DNA from: a virus | Reading direction: 5' to 3' (one strand) | Virus record (IMG/VR): IMGVR_UViG_3300031133_000426 | Length of the DNA stretch: 64,000 nucleotides | Shown here: piece after piece, positions 39,300 to 47,937 of the stretch | How positions within the stretch are numbered: position 1 is the first letter of the stretch | How the letters are laid out: every line of letters begins with the position of its first letter | Notes under the pieces: model-generated | Seen by the model: only the letters and a program-made list of their open reading frames with translations | What the model was told of the DNA's origin: nothing | Database searches by the model: none | Made by a program: the position numbers and the translations under genes

Positions 39300-39494
39300 A
39301 TGACTCATAAATTCGGCGGCAATGACCTTGTGACTTCACGTTCGACTGGCTACACTGGTCGGGTTATGGCTACCTATCCCGGTGATAATGGTCGTGAAAT
39401 TATGGTAAAGGGTGTGCCGGATGTTCGTACTGGCAAGTCACCTGAACCCCGCGTGTTCACTGAAAAAGCCTTGCGTGCTGTCTCCATCGGTTAA
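39300..39494 (+). CDS. small SH3/KOW-like protein
   Basis: DLVTSRSTGYTGRVM; AAGGA SD; terminator. Confidence 0.55.
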   Translation: MTHKFGGNDLVTSRSTGYTGRVMATYPGDNGREIMVKGVPDVRTGKSPEPRVFTEKALRAVSIG

Positions 39495-39610
39495 TCATTC
39501 TTTTTACTGTCTGTACATTTCTGATTAAAAGACCACCTTCGGGTGGTTTTTTATTTACCTTTTCTATCCTGTTTGTGATATAATAGTCGCACTTATCAAG
39601 GGGATCTTGT

Positions 39611-40213
39611 ATGCAAATCATCGAACATACTTCGACCAGTTATAAACCTCGGACTATGCATAATGCTCATACAGCCGATCTTACAGTAGCCTTCGCGGAA
39701 GATTTTAACTCAGCCGGTGAACGCCTAACCAAGAAAGAAGCGGGTGAACGGTATGTTGCAATCCCTTTGAACACCGACCCCCTTATAGCGGCTCGTATGC
39801 TCTATGCGGCCTGTCGAAAGCATAATGTTTCCACTCTTAATGTGGCGGGCAATGGCATCTATTCGTTGTCTGGTGCTTGGGCAAGGGATAATCGCCCCGA
39901 CAAATTCAAAGCATTGGATCAGGATGGTCTTGTAAATGAATCACAAATGTCATTGAATCAATGGGTTTATCTTGTTATTTCAAAAGTCCATGAATTCTGG
40001 CCTTTGACCCATCTCATCTCTGGTGGTCAAACAGGTGCTGACTGGGCTGGTGGGGTTGCTGGTGAGGCTATTGGCTTGAATGTTACCATGACCTTTCCTA
40101 AACATTTCTTGCAGCGTGATGAAAAACATCAGGATGTTACTCAGGATCAAGCAACAGTCCAGAAAAAAGTCAATGCTTATTTGAAATATGTTGATAAAAC
40201 ACAGAAAATTTGA
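39611..40213 (+). CDS. SLOG-superfamily (MoCo-carrier/YpsA-like) nucleotide-binding protein, circularly permuted
   Basis: YKPRTMHNAHTADLT, TLNVAGN and ISGGQTGAD motifs. Confidence 0.7.
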   Translation: MQIIEHTSTSYKPRTMHNAHTADLTVAFAEDFNSAGERLTKKEAGERYVAIPLNTDPLIAARMLYAACRKHNVSTLNVAGNGIYSLSGAWARDNRPDKFKALDQDGLVNESQMSLNQWVYLVISKVHEFWPLTHLISGGQTGADWAGGVAGEAIGLNVTMTFPKHFLQRDEKHQDVTQDQATVQKKVNAYLKYVDKTQKI

Positions 40214-40310
40214 ACGTTCATCATTTAAAATAATATTTTATGTTTAAAAAGTAGATTTTATCTGTTTGTTGATGTATAATCTGCTCTATCCAAACCAAAG
40301 AGATATTTTT

Positions 40311-40895
40311 ATGACTTCAATTGAATTGATGTATGACAAAATTAAAGAATTGCAGAAGCAACGTACTGCCCTTTTTGATCAGATCAGTCCGCTTCAAGAA
40401 AAAGTGGCCAGTCTCCATAATGAGATTAAAATTCTGCAAGAAAGCATTACCACTGAAACCATGAAACTTGAACAAACTGAACAGGAACGCTTTGATTTCC
40501 TGATGGCCGAAAACGGTGGGTCTTCTGATATGGTTCGTTATCACGAGGCTGAGAAATTTATCCGTTCAATGGGTCTTTATATGAGTGGCTATTGCCCATT
40601 TAGCCAACAACGTACAGCCGATTTTTTTGTTTTCAAAAACGACCGTGAGCGTAACATTCAAACCATTGAATCGCTCAAAAAAGCAATTACTCTATACAAG
40701 CCTATGGATGAAAATGGCAATAAATGGTTTCGAGTGTTCTGTCAGGATTATATTGTTTGGGTGGCTGCAGATGGATCTTTGTCCTTTAAGACGAGTCGTT
40801 CTGAACAGGCGTTTGACTCTCTGGAAGCGTTGTTTGACTATTACATTTTGCGTTATCCTTGTTACGACTATGAGGATGATGATCAAGATGATTAA
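40311..40895 (+). CDS. coiled-coil hypothetical protein
   Basis: Promoter; terminator. Confidence 0.7.
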   Translation: MTSIELMYDKIKELQKQRTALFDQISPLQEKVASLHNEIKILQESITTETMKLEQTEQERFDFLMAENGGSSDMVRYHEAEKFIRSMGLYMSGYCPFSQQRTADFFVFKNDRERNIQTIESLKKAITLYKPMDENGNKWFRVFCQDYIVWVAADGSLSFKTSRSEQAFDSLEALFDYYILRYPCYDYEDDDQDD

Positions 40896-40991
40896 AAAAA
40901 GGCCGAAAGGCCTTTTTTTATTTCTTTAAAATATTGATTTTCATTGTTATTTTTGTTAATATATTGCTCTATATTTTAATAAGTTTATTTT

Positions 40992-41897
40992 ATGTCTCTC
41001 ACAAAAGATAACATTATCAAGCGATTTCATGAGAAACATGGCAACCGTTATGACTACTCCCTAGTTAATTACATTAGCTCAGTGGATAAGTTGACTATTA
41101 TTTGTCGTGAGCATGGTCAATTTGAACAAGTATTCGCGTCACATGTTCGTGGTCGTGGGTGTCATGAGTGTGCGAAACAACATCATCATACACAAATTAC
41201 AATGCTTGAAAATTTTAAAAAAGTTCATGGAGATACCTTCGACTACTCAAAAACAGTTTTTAAAGGTGTTAGAAAATACATTACCATCACTTGCCGAATT
41301 CATGGCGATTTTGAGCAACGTGTGTATGCTCATTTTCAGGGCAATGGATGCAAGCATTGTACTGATGTTTCCCATCGATTAAATATGGATTCTGTTCTTG
41401 ATTCATTCAAATCTGTCCATTCTGACTCTTATGACTATTCCTTGGTTGATTATAAAAACGCTAGGACTAAAGTTTCTATTATTTGTCAAAAACATGGTGT
41501 ATTTAAACAGCTACCCCGTGATCATGTTGCTGGTAAAGGCTGCCCAAGTTGTAAATCGTCGAAAGGTGAACGCAGGATTCGTGATATTCTTGATCGTCAA
41601 AAAGTTGAGTATGAAGAACAGTTTAAAATTTGCAAAAATCCTTCTACTGATTTCTTTTTGAGGGTTGATTTTTATATTCCTTCTATGAATAGCGTTATTG
41701 AGTTTGACGGTTATCAACATTTTAAAGCTGTTGCTCATTTTGGCGGTGATGAAGCTTTGCAAAAAAATCAAGTAAGGGATAAAATTAAAAATGATTTTTG
41801 TGCTGAAAATAACATTGATATGCTTAGAATTTCTTACTTGGAAATCAATGATGTAGAAGATATTGTTTCTTCTTTTTTGACAAAAAATCCAAAATAA
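40992..41897 (+). CDS. homing-type endonuclease: 3 Zn-binding repeats plus Vsr/DUF559-like nuclease
   Basis: Three HGxxYDYS...CxxHG...H...GCxxC repeats; LRVDFYIP...IEFDGYQH; paralog of 778-1887. Confidence 0.8.
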   Translation: MSLTKDNIIKRFHEKHGNRYDYSLVNYISSVDKLTIICREHGQFEQVFASHVRGRGCHECAKQHHHTQITMLENFKKVHGDTFDYSKTVFKGVRKYITITCRIHGDFEQRVYAHFQGNGCKHCTDVSHRLNMDSVLDSFKSVHSDSYDYSLVDYKNARTKVSIICQKHGVFKQLPRDHVAGKGCPSCKSSKGERRIRDILDRQKVEYEEQFKICKNPSTDFFLRVDFYIPSMNSVIEFDGYQHFKAVAHFGGDEALQKNQVRDKIKNDFCAENNIDMLRISYLEINDVEDIVSSFLTKNPK

Positions 41898-41966
41898 TGC
41901 TTTACATCAAAACGCTTTTTCACTATACTAGACACATCAAAACGAAACAGCAAAAGGATAGACAAC

Positions 41967-42098
41967 ATGCAAGGCTCCTACCGCGACACCATGGAAAAGT
42001 TTGCAGGCAAGCAAAAAGACAATTCCAAACGCCTCGATAACAAAGTCAATCGTCAAATGCGTGACAATCGTCGTCAGCGTCATCAAGACGCAGAATAA
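41967..42098 (+). CDS. basic microprotein MQGS...RHQDAE, copy 2 (43 aa)
   Basis: AAGGA SD; promoter TTTACA-17-TATACT at 41901; ends 9 nt before tRNA-Arg. Confidence 0.8.
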   Translation: MQGSYRDTMEKFAGKQKDNSKRLDNKVNRQMRDNRRQRHQDAE

Positions 42099-42107
42099 CC
42101 CCAATAC

Positions 42108-42184
42108 CCGTGCGTAGCTCAGTTGGATAGAGCATCCGCCTTCTAAGCGGATGGTCGCTGGTTCGAATCCAGCCGCATGGACCA
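42108..42184 (+). tRNA. tRNA-Arg (TCT)
   Basis: Cloverleaf; anticodon arm TCCGC-CTTCTAA-GCGGA; GGTTCGAATCC; encoded CCA. Confidence 0.97.
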
Positions 42185-42189
42185 AATTT

Positions 42190-42274
42190 GCCCGGTTGGT
42201 GAAATCGGTAGACACAGAAGACTTAAAATCTTCCGGCGAAGGTCGTGCCAGTTCGAGTCTGGCACCGGGCACCA
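42190..42274 (+). tRNA. tRNA-Leu (TAA), copy 1
   Basis: GAAGA-CTTAAAA-TCTTC; long variable arm; CCA. Confidence 0.97.
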
Positions 42275-42308
42275 GATTAAAGTTTAGTATTGTTCGTTGG
42301 AGCATTAT

Positions 42309-42632
42309 ATGAGTTCCTTGTATAAGTTTGAAAATAAAGTGGTTGATAAAACCAATAAAGATGAGCTTCGCAGCTATTTGGCGAATGCAAAAAAAGAACT
42401 GCTGAAAGTTCGTTCCGCGTGTGGTTTTGATGAATCTATTCAAATTATTGAAGACCGTTCTCTGACCAAAGTTTCTCTTGTTGGTAGCAATTTCTCGCTC
42501 TCTGTTCGCCATGGTGAGCATGCTTACAAAACCAATATCAAGCTGTTTAACAACGGTAGTCTTGTTCAAGAGGTTAGTCTCGCTAATCTCTACAATCCAA
42601 AGCTTATTGAGCAATTGAAAGCTTTGGCGTAA
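42309..42632 (+). CDS. hypothetical protein between two tRNA-Leu copies
   Basis: GGAG SD before MSSLY. Confidence 0.7.
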   Translation: MSSLYKFENKVVDKTNKDELRSYLANAKKELLKVRSACGFDESIQIIEDRSLTKVSLVGSNFSLSVRHGEHAYKTNIKLFNNGSLVQEVSLANLYNPKLIEQLKALA

Positions 42633-42759
42633 CTTCTGCTACACAACAACATGATGAGTTACGAAAGTCAGTATGGTAAATCAAATATGTTGACATGTTT
42701 CCAATGTAAGTGCGTTTAAATCTCAATCGCATAACGTTTAATGACTGTCAACAATCTAT

Positions 42760-42844
42760 GCCCGGTTGGTGAAATCGGTAGACACAGAAGACTTAAAATC
42801 TTCCGACGAAGGTCATGCCAGTTCGAGTCTGGCACCGGGCACCA
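42760..42844 (+). tRNA. tRNA-Leu (TAA), copy 2
   Basis: Differs from copy 1 only in the variable arm. Confidence 0.97.
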
Positions 42845-42923
42845 AATTAAAAAAGATGAAAAAAAGAGTTGCAAATTTTGGTGAAAAGGCTTAATATAGA
42901 GCCTTCTTAAATAGAAACGGAAA

Positions 42924-43063
42924 GAGGATTAACAGAAATTTTCGTAGGTTGGCATCCTACGAATTCAAGCAAATATCCTAAGACCTTTGGTAGACCAATA
43001 AATCCAAAGCAGGGGTTTCAATAAAAAGATTGGAAACCGCTTGAAATAGATTGCTAGGTATTT
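42924..43063 (+). ncRNA. unidentified structured ncRNA, copy 1
   Basis: Follows promoter TTGCAA-17-TAATAT (42869); homolog at 59597 with compensatory substitutions; no ORF. Confidence 0.8.
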
Positions 43064-43135
43064 AAATTTTAATTAGAGACTATATTAATTAGAGGATACC
43101 GGATGATTTAGTGCGTCCTAAATCATCCACCCAAA

Positions 43136-43212
43136 GGGACTTTAGCTCAGTTGGTTAGAGCAACCGACTCATAATCGGCAGGTCACAGGTTCAAGTCCTG
43201 TAAGTCCCACCA
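43136..43212 (+). tRNA. tRNA with CAT anticodon, probably Ile2 (lysidine), copy 1
   Basis: GACTCATAATC anticodon region as in bacterial Ile2; lacks initiator features; elongator Met not excluded. Confidence 0.9.
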
Positions 43213-43242
43213 TTTTTTTTGCCCAGTTATTAGGTATTTATT

Positions 43243-43578
43243 ATGCATGAAAAAATTTCATTGGATTTTTCTTTTGAAGAAACACGCTCTCGCGGAAAAG
43301 AAAAATTTCAATGTGTTCTGAGAGCCACTGAACTTGGTGCTACTGCTGGTAACGTAGATGAAATCTTAGTCTCTAATAGTTGGGATGATTTTAAAAAACA
43401 GTATCCAACACTTAACGATATTCTGATTCGTATCTTTCCCACAGACAGTTGGAACCCTAGCTGGCGTGGCGGTCATCGGTCCCTCTGTATTGGTTCTATT
43501 TCTGGACACGAAGGTTTGTATGATTTTGATCAAGATGTAGAGGTTTCTGTTGATTGGGATACAGATATCATGCAATAA
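43243..43578 (+). CDS. acidic hypothetical protein
   Basis: ORF after tRNA, AGGT SD. Confidence 0.65.
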   Translation: MHEKISLDFSFEETRSRGKEKFQCVLRATELGATAGNVDEILVSNSWDDFKKQYPTLNDILIRIFPTDSWNPSWRGGHRSLCIGSISGHEGLYDFDQDVEVSVDWDTDIMQ

Positions 43579-43711
43579 ATACTTTCAATTAAAATCAAAT
43601 AATACATTTTAAAAACCTCACAATTGTGGGGTTTTTCCATTGCTTGAAACTTGTGTTTTTGATATAATAAGCTGTTCACGCATGAAAACCTTTATCTATT
43701 GGAATTTTAAT

Positions 43712-43894
43712 ATGAAAAGTCTCGAAGATTATAAAAAAAGCCCAGCTTATATCCAGTCTCTTGAAGACGACAACGCCCGTTGGCTTCTGGAAATTAAACG
43801 GCTTCGTGAGGTTATTGAAGGTAAAAACAAAGAGATTCGTGATCTTTCAAAATTTCAACTTTATTGCTATAATCATACGAATTTTAAAGGATAA
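43712..43894 (+). CDS. small coiled-coil protein
   Basis: Start at MKSLED; upstream part of tracked ORF is promoter. Confidence 0.55.
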   Translation: MKSLEDYKKSPAYIQSLEDDNARWLLEIKRLREVIEGKNKEIRDLSKFQLYCYNHTNFKG

Positions 43895-43988
43895 TGCAAT
43901 TATGAAAAATCTATTTTTTGGATAAATTGTGGTTGATGATATATCCTTCTTATGCTATAATCATTACCAATTAAAAAGGATACTTTTC

Positions 43989-44267
43989 ATGAAGCTCATT
44001 GAAATTATTCAAAAAAAGATTTATAGCTACAAAAACCCTTCTGATCAAAAGCTTTTTGAAAAAGCTGAGAAACTTTATTGTCATTTTGCTCGATACCATG
44101 CCAAGCAACATACTCTCAAAGGGTATTACTCTGCTGTTCAGATGAAAAATGAAATGTATGAAACACTGTGCATTCTTGGCACTATGCCAGAAGGTGTGGA
44201 CCGCCGCGAAATGTTGAAACAGACGGTCAAAACATTCAAGCTGAATAATCGTATTCCTTTCTCTTGA
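43989..44267 (+). CDS. hypothetical protein
   Basis: AAGGA SD before MKLIE. Confidence 0.7.
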   Translation: MKLIEIIQKKIYSYKNPSDQKLFEKAEKLYCHFARYHAKQHTLKGYYSAVQMKNEMYETLCILGTMPEGVDRREMLKQTVKTFKLNNRIPFS

Positions 44268-44367
44268 CCGCTATTTTCTGTTGACTAAATGTGATTTTTG
44301 TTCTATAATTAGTGCTCAAAACAAGATAAATAGCCTTGTTTACTTTAATTTATAAAGGTTCTATACC

Positions 44368-44580
44368 ATGTCCAAAGTATTGAATGATACTCAAATTAAA
44401 CAATCTGTCGTTTATGCAGTTTTTGATTTGACTGACCGGAATGGTGGTAGTCGTAAACACTTTTCATTGCATATGACACCAGAAGGTGCAGAGGCTGTTG
44501 TTGCTGAACGGCGAAAATGGGTAGATGGCAGGGCAGCAAAAAGTCTTATCTTTTTTGATGAACTACCAGTTCGTGAATAA
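44368..44580 (+). CDS. hypothetical protein
   Basis: AAAGG SD; terminator. Confidence 0.65.
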   Translation: MSKVLNDTQIKQSVVYAVFDLTDRNGGSRKHFSLHMTPEGAEAVVAERRKWVDGRAAKSLIFFDELPVRE

Positions 44581-44712
44581 ATACATATTACTAACCTTTA
44601 GTTCTTGTTTTTTAAAACCTCCATTTATTGGGGGTTTTTATTTTCTGGTTTTGACAAATCTTTATTTTATAGTATTATTACCATTTATATAATAATCTTA
44701 TAGGAGAATAAT

Positions 44713-44883
44713 ATGTATATTTCAAAATTAGTTGTTGGCATTGGTTTCGCAATTTCTCTTATTTCAGCTTCTGTTATAGCTGATAATTCGGTAAAAACAT
44801 CCTCTGCTGATGTGTCTAAGCCCGCTTTGTCAGGTGCTTCAACTAAACCAAAAAATCTTGAATGGGAACTTCGTAATCGCTGA
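44713..44883 (+). CDS. 56-aa exported peptide
   Basis: AGGAG SD; MYISKLVVGIGFAISLISASVIA-DNSVK...; terminator follows; missed by ORF track. Confidence 0.6.
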   Translation: MYISKLVVGIGFAISLISASVIADNSVKTSSADVSKPALSGASTKPKNLEWELRNR

Positions 44884-44997
44884 TGTTTGCATAAGTCTAT
44901 CAGCCTCCTTTCGGTAGGTTTTTTATTTAAAGATTTGTTGAATTATAAACTCGTTTTTGGTATAATTACACCATCAAAACCAATCAGGATTATAAAT

Positions 44998-45648
44998 ATG
45001 ACTGCCATTATTGACACCATCAACTTCGTTGAAAAAGCTATAGACGAACTGCGTAAGCAGCAAGAAGATAAGCTACCTACTCTTATGTTGTTTGGTGACG
45101 ATTGCCAGTTTATGGACGCCTCCTACATCATTAATGCTGTCAAAGAACTGAAAGACGAATTGCCAGACGACTGCAGTGTTGTAGCTGCTCGCATTATTGC
45201 GGATCTCACACTGCTTAGTACCATGACTGCTGACCGTAATTCGTTGATTCAAGAACGTAATGATATCGTTGAGGAACAGATAGACGATCTTGTATCGTCT
45301 CTTGATGTTCAGTTGTCAACCACACCGGAAGTCAAACTGACACGAGCTATTAAAATTGGCACTAAGCATTTGAATACCATTCAACTTTCAGCACTGTCGA
45401 AAGTTTATGACGCTTTGAAACTGACTCATGTTTGTCATGAAGAACGAAAAGATATTGTTTATCATAACTATGATGAAACACCTAACCTTAGTGACGACAT
45501 TATTTCTGCTTTTCATGAATTCCTTGTGAAAGAAGATGGAGCAACTTTCATTGATGGTACATTGAAATTCCGAAACTTTGTTCACTCAGAAGATGTTCAA
45601 GGATACACCAGTGATCTTATCAAGGTCATCAAATCCAAACGCGGCTAG
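44998..45648 (+). CDS. hypothetical protein
   Basis: AGGA SD before MTAII. Confidence 0.7.
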   Translation: MTAIIDTINFVEKAIDELRKQQEDKLPTLMLFGDDCQFMDASYIINAVKELKDELPDDCSVVAARIIADLTLLSTMTADRNSLIQERNDIVEEQIDDLVSSLDVQLSTTPEVKLTRAIKIGTKHLNTIQLSALSKVYDALKLTHVCHEERKDIVYHNYDETPNLSDDIISAFHEFLVKEDGATFIDGTLKFRNFVHSEDVQGYTSDLIKVIKSKRG

Positions 45649-45750
45649 TTATACTTTAAAGAAAAAAGCACCAAAAAAACTGCACATTTATATTTCACAA
45701 TAAACATTGATGTGCTATAATAGGTCATTGTCATATAGAAAGAAAATAAC

Positions 45751-46248
45751 ATGAAATACATTAAAATTAAAGACACCGTTGTTCTTTTTGATGAACTGAC
45801 CAATCATGGTTTTATGGCTAACCTGTTTGGAAAATTCGAAGATGTTCAGTCGGCGGGTTTTGTTAAAATGTTTCCTACTGCAAACAACATCATTCGTTTA
45901 ACTGTTGGTGGACGAAGTTCTACCTTGAAAATCGATTCAAATCCTTCTGACAAAGCTATTATTGAAGAAAATTTCAAAATGTCGGATTCTCAGCCTGTTC
46001 ACTTTATCAGCACAGGAAATACATTAATTCTATTTCCACCGAAAGCCTCATTTGATGTGATTAAAGCCATGAAAGATATTTGGCCCGGAGCTAGATTCGT
46101 AGATGGCAAGGTTTCTTTTGAAACCGTTGAGACCGATGACTTCCGTTACGACTCTGGTTACAAAGTTATTCCTCATTTTACGGATATTGTAGGTACGGTC
46201 AATAATGATTTGATGTTTACCATTGATATGAATATTAGGGCAGATTAA
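45751..46248 (+). CDS. hypothetical protein
   Basis: Own promoter. Confidence 0.7.
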   Translation: MKYIKIKDTVVLFDELTNHGFMANLFGKFEDVQSAGFVKMFPTANNIIRLTVGGRSSTLKIDSNPSDKAIIEENFKMSDSQPVHFISTGNTLILFPPKASFDVIKAMKDIWPGARFVDGKVSFETVETDDFRYDSGYKVIPHFTDIVGTVNNDLMFTIDMNIRAD

Positions 46249-46355
46249 TCTGCCTTTTTTCTTGTAATATTATTTCTTTTGATATTTAATTAAAATCAAT
46301 AGATATCATTTGCAGTTTGTGATATCATAAGCTCATTCAAAACAAATAAGGATAC

Positions 46356-46832
46356 ATGACAATGATTGCTAAACGTTACACTATTTTCAATAAACACATC
46401 GGCGGTAGCAACCGTCTTCCACAAGGTTTTCATGGTCTGAACCGTTTGTGGTCAACTAAACCCACCATGTCGCCAGAGGCACAAGCTCTGCTCGATGAAT
46501 GGAGCAAGACCGAAACAGAAGTTGTTCTTATGGGTGGCACTGATCTAGAACTTGAGGCTCTTGCACAAGCTCTTGGTAATATTTCAGAATTGCCATCGGC
46601 TAAGTTCAACGAAGCGGATCTGCGTGATAGCTGTACTGTTGTTACTTTTGTGGCGTCAGATCGTATTGTGTCTGGTGGTCTGGAACTTCGTGGTAATAAT
46701 GTCAAACCCTTCAAGGCTGTAGATTTCCTGCAAACGAATACAGTTGGTATGCACGATGGTTCGCGAGTCCAGTTGACTGATGATGAAATCTTTGTGGTTG
46801 TTAACATTGCTTTCCTTCGACTGGCTGACTAA
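46356..46832 (+). CDS. phage Pth2-like (peptidyl-tRNA hydrolase type 2 fold) protein
   Basis: QGFH...DEW...VVLMGG...AKFNEADL....TVVTFV pattern. Confidence 0.5.
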   Translation: MTMIAKRYTIFNKHIGGSNRLPQGFHGLNRLWSTKPTMSPEAQALLDEWSKTETEVVLMGGTDLELEALAQALGNISELPSAKFNEADLRDSCTVVTFVASDRIVSGGLELRGNNVKPFKAVDFLQTNTVGMHDGSRVQLTDDEIFVVVNIAFLRLAD

Positions 46833-47023
46833 CCTAACATCAAGTTGATAGTAAAATTTATCGTTCCAAGCTCAACCCAGTGTTGGGCTTTTTTGTGTCT
46901 TTAATTTAATGTTTTGTACCTATTGAAAATATTATGGATAATAAAAAAAATTTAACAACAATACTATTTTTTATTTTGTTTAGATATGATACCATTATAC
47001 AAATTATATTGGGAATTAAAAAA

Positions 47024-47578
47024 ATGAATAAAGCGGTAACGGAAAAAAGCAAATACATCTCCTACGTCTTGCGTCATGGTGCAAAAGAAGTTGGAATCGA
47101 CATTGATAGCCAAGGATGGGTTCTAGTCGCGGATTTAATGGATGTAGCGGCACGTAATAAAAAATCTTTCACTCGTGAAGAACTTGACTTCATTGTCGAA
47201 AACAACAACAAAAAACGTTTCGTATTCTCATCGAATGGCCTTTCTATTCGTGCTAGCCAAGGTCATTCCAGTGACAACGTTTCCATCACCTTTGAACCTA
47301 AAACACCGCCAGAATCGCTGTATCATGGAACCACCGTAAGCTTCGTAGATGCGATTTTGGCAGAAGGCTTGAAGAAAATGAGCCGTCACCATGTCCACTT
47401 GTCTCAGAGCCTTGAAACTGCTATCAGCGTTGGTAGTCGTCATGGGAAGGTTGCTATGCTCAAAATCAACTCACGTCAAATGCAGCGTGATGGGTTTAGC
47501 TTTTATTGTTCAGCTAACAACGTGTGGCTGACTGATAACGTTCCTTCTCGTTACATTGAACGTGTTGATTTAAAGTAA
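47024..47578 (+). CDS. kptA: RNA 2'-phosphotransferase Tpt1/KptA
   Basis: SKYISYVLRH, KKRF, IRASQGHS, LYHGT, RHHVHLS, NNVWLT. Confidence 0.95.
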   Translation: MNKAVTEKSKYISYVLRHGAKEVGIDIDSQGWVLVADLMDVAARNKKSFTREELDFIVENNNKKRFVFSSNGLSIRASQGHSSDNVSITFEPKTPPESLYHGTTVSFVDAILAEGLKKMSRHHVHLSQSLETAISVGSRHGKVAMLKINSRQMQRDGFSFYCSANNVWLTDNVPSRYIERVDLK

Positions 47579-47696
47579 ACACGCCTTTCAGACAACAAGC
47601 ATCTTCGAGGTTTTTTTCATAAATCTGCTTTTCATTGTTGCCTTAATTTTTATATTACGGTATAATTGCTTATCAAAAACGAAATGAGTGAATATC

Positions 47697-47858
47697 ATGA
47701 GTTTTGTCCTCACAGAGTTCAGCAAAGCCCCTAAACACTATTCTATCTCTCAAAAAATCGAAGATACTGCAGGGGTCACTTGGAAAGAAGTCGCCACTGT
47801 CAATCAACGTTCGACAGCTTTCTTCCTCATCTCGCTCATTGAAAAACTGTCTCGATAG
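47697..47858 (+). CDS. 53-aa microprotein, copy 1
   Basis: MSFVLTEFSKAPKHYSISQKIEDTAGVTWKEVATVNQRSTAFFLISLIEKLSR; paralog at 49447. Confidence 0.8.
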   Translation: MSFVLTEFSKAPKHYSISQKIEDTAGVTWKEVATVNQRSTAFFLISLIEKLSR

Positions 47859-47937
47859 ATAAAAAAGACAAATAATGTATTCTTTTTCTTGGATGTCTAT
47901 GCTATAATAGGCCATCTTTATCAGTGAGCAATTTAAA

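Noticed and set aside
41937-42614. 225-aa minus-strand ORF; also 59001-59378(-) and 59348-59530(+)
   Set aside because: Shadows of tRNA genes and the real plus-strand ORFs; no SD or promoter.
42648-42700. Hammerhead-like ATGATGAG-TTAC-GAAA
   Set aside because: Conserved C3 is A, stem II has one pair, and there is no U at 16.1 before the putative cleavage site; not a canonical hammerhead.
42845-42925. Theta/HDV-like ribozyme at tRNA 3' trailers
   Set aside because: Sequence directly after each CCA is an A-tract and promoter, not a G-initiated nested double pseudoknot.
43068-43103. TAGAGACTATA (group I intron R-like) and AATTAGAGGATACCGG (T-box-like) words
   Set aside because: Neither is conserved in the second operon copy; no P/Q/S elements and no UGGN antiterminator bulge; the flanking tRNAs are uninterrupted.
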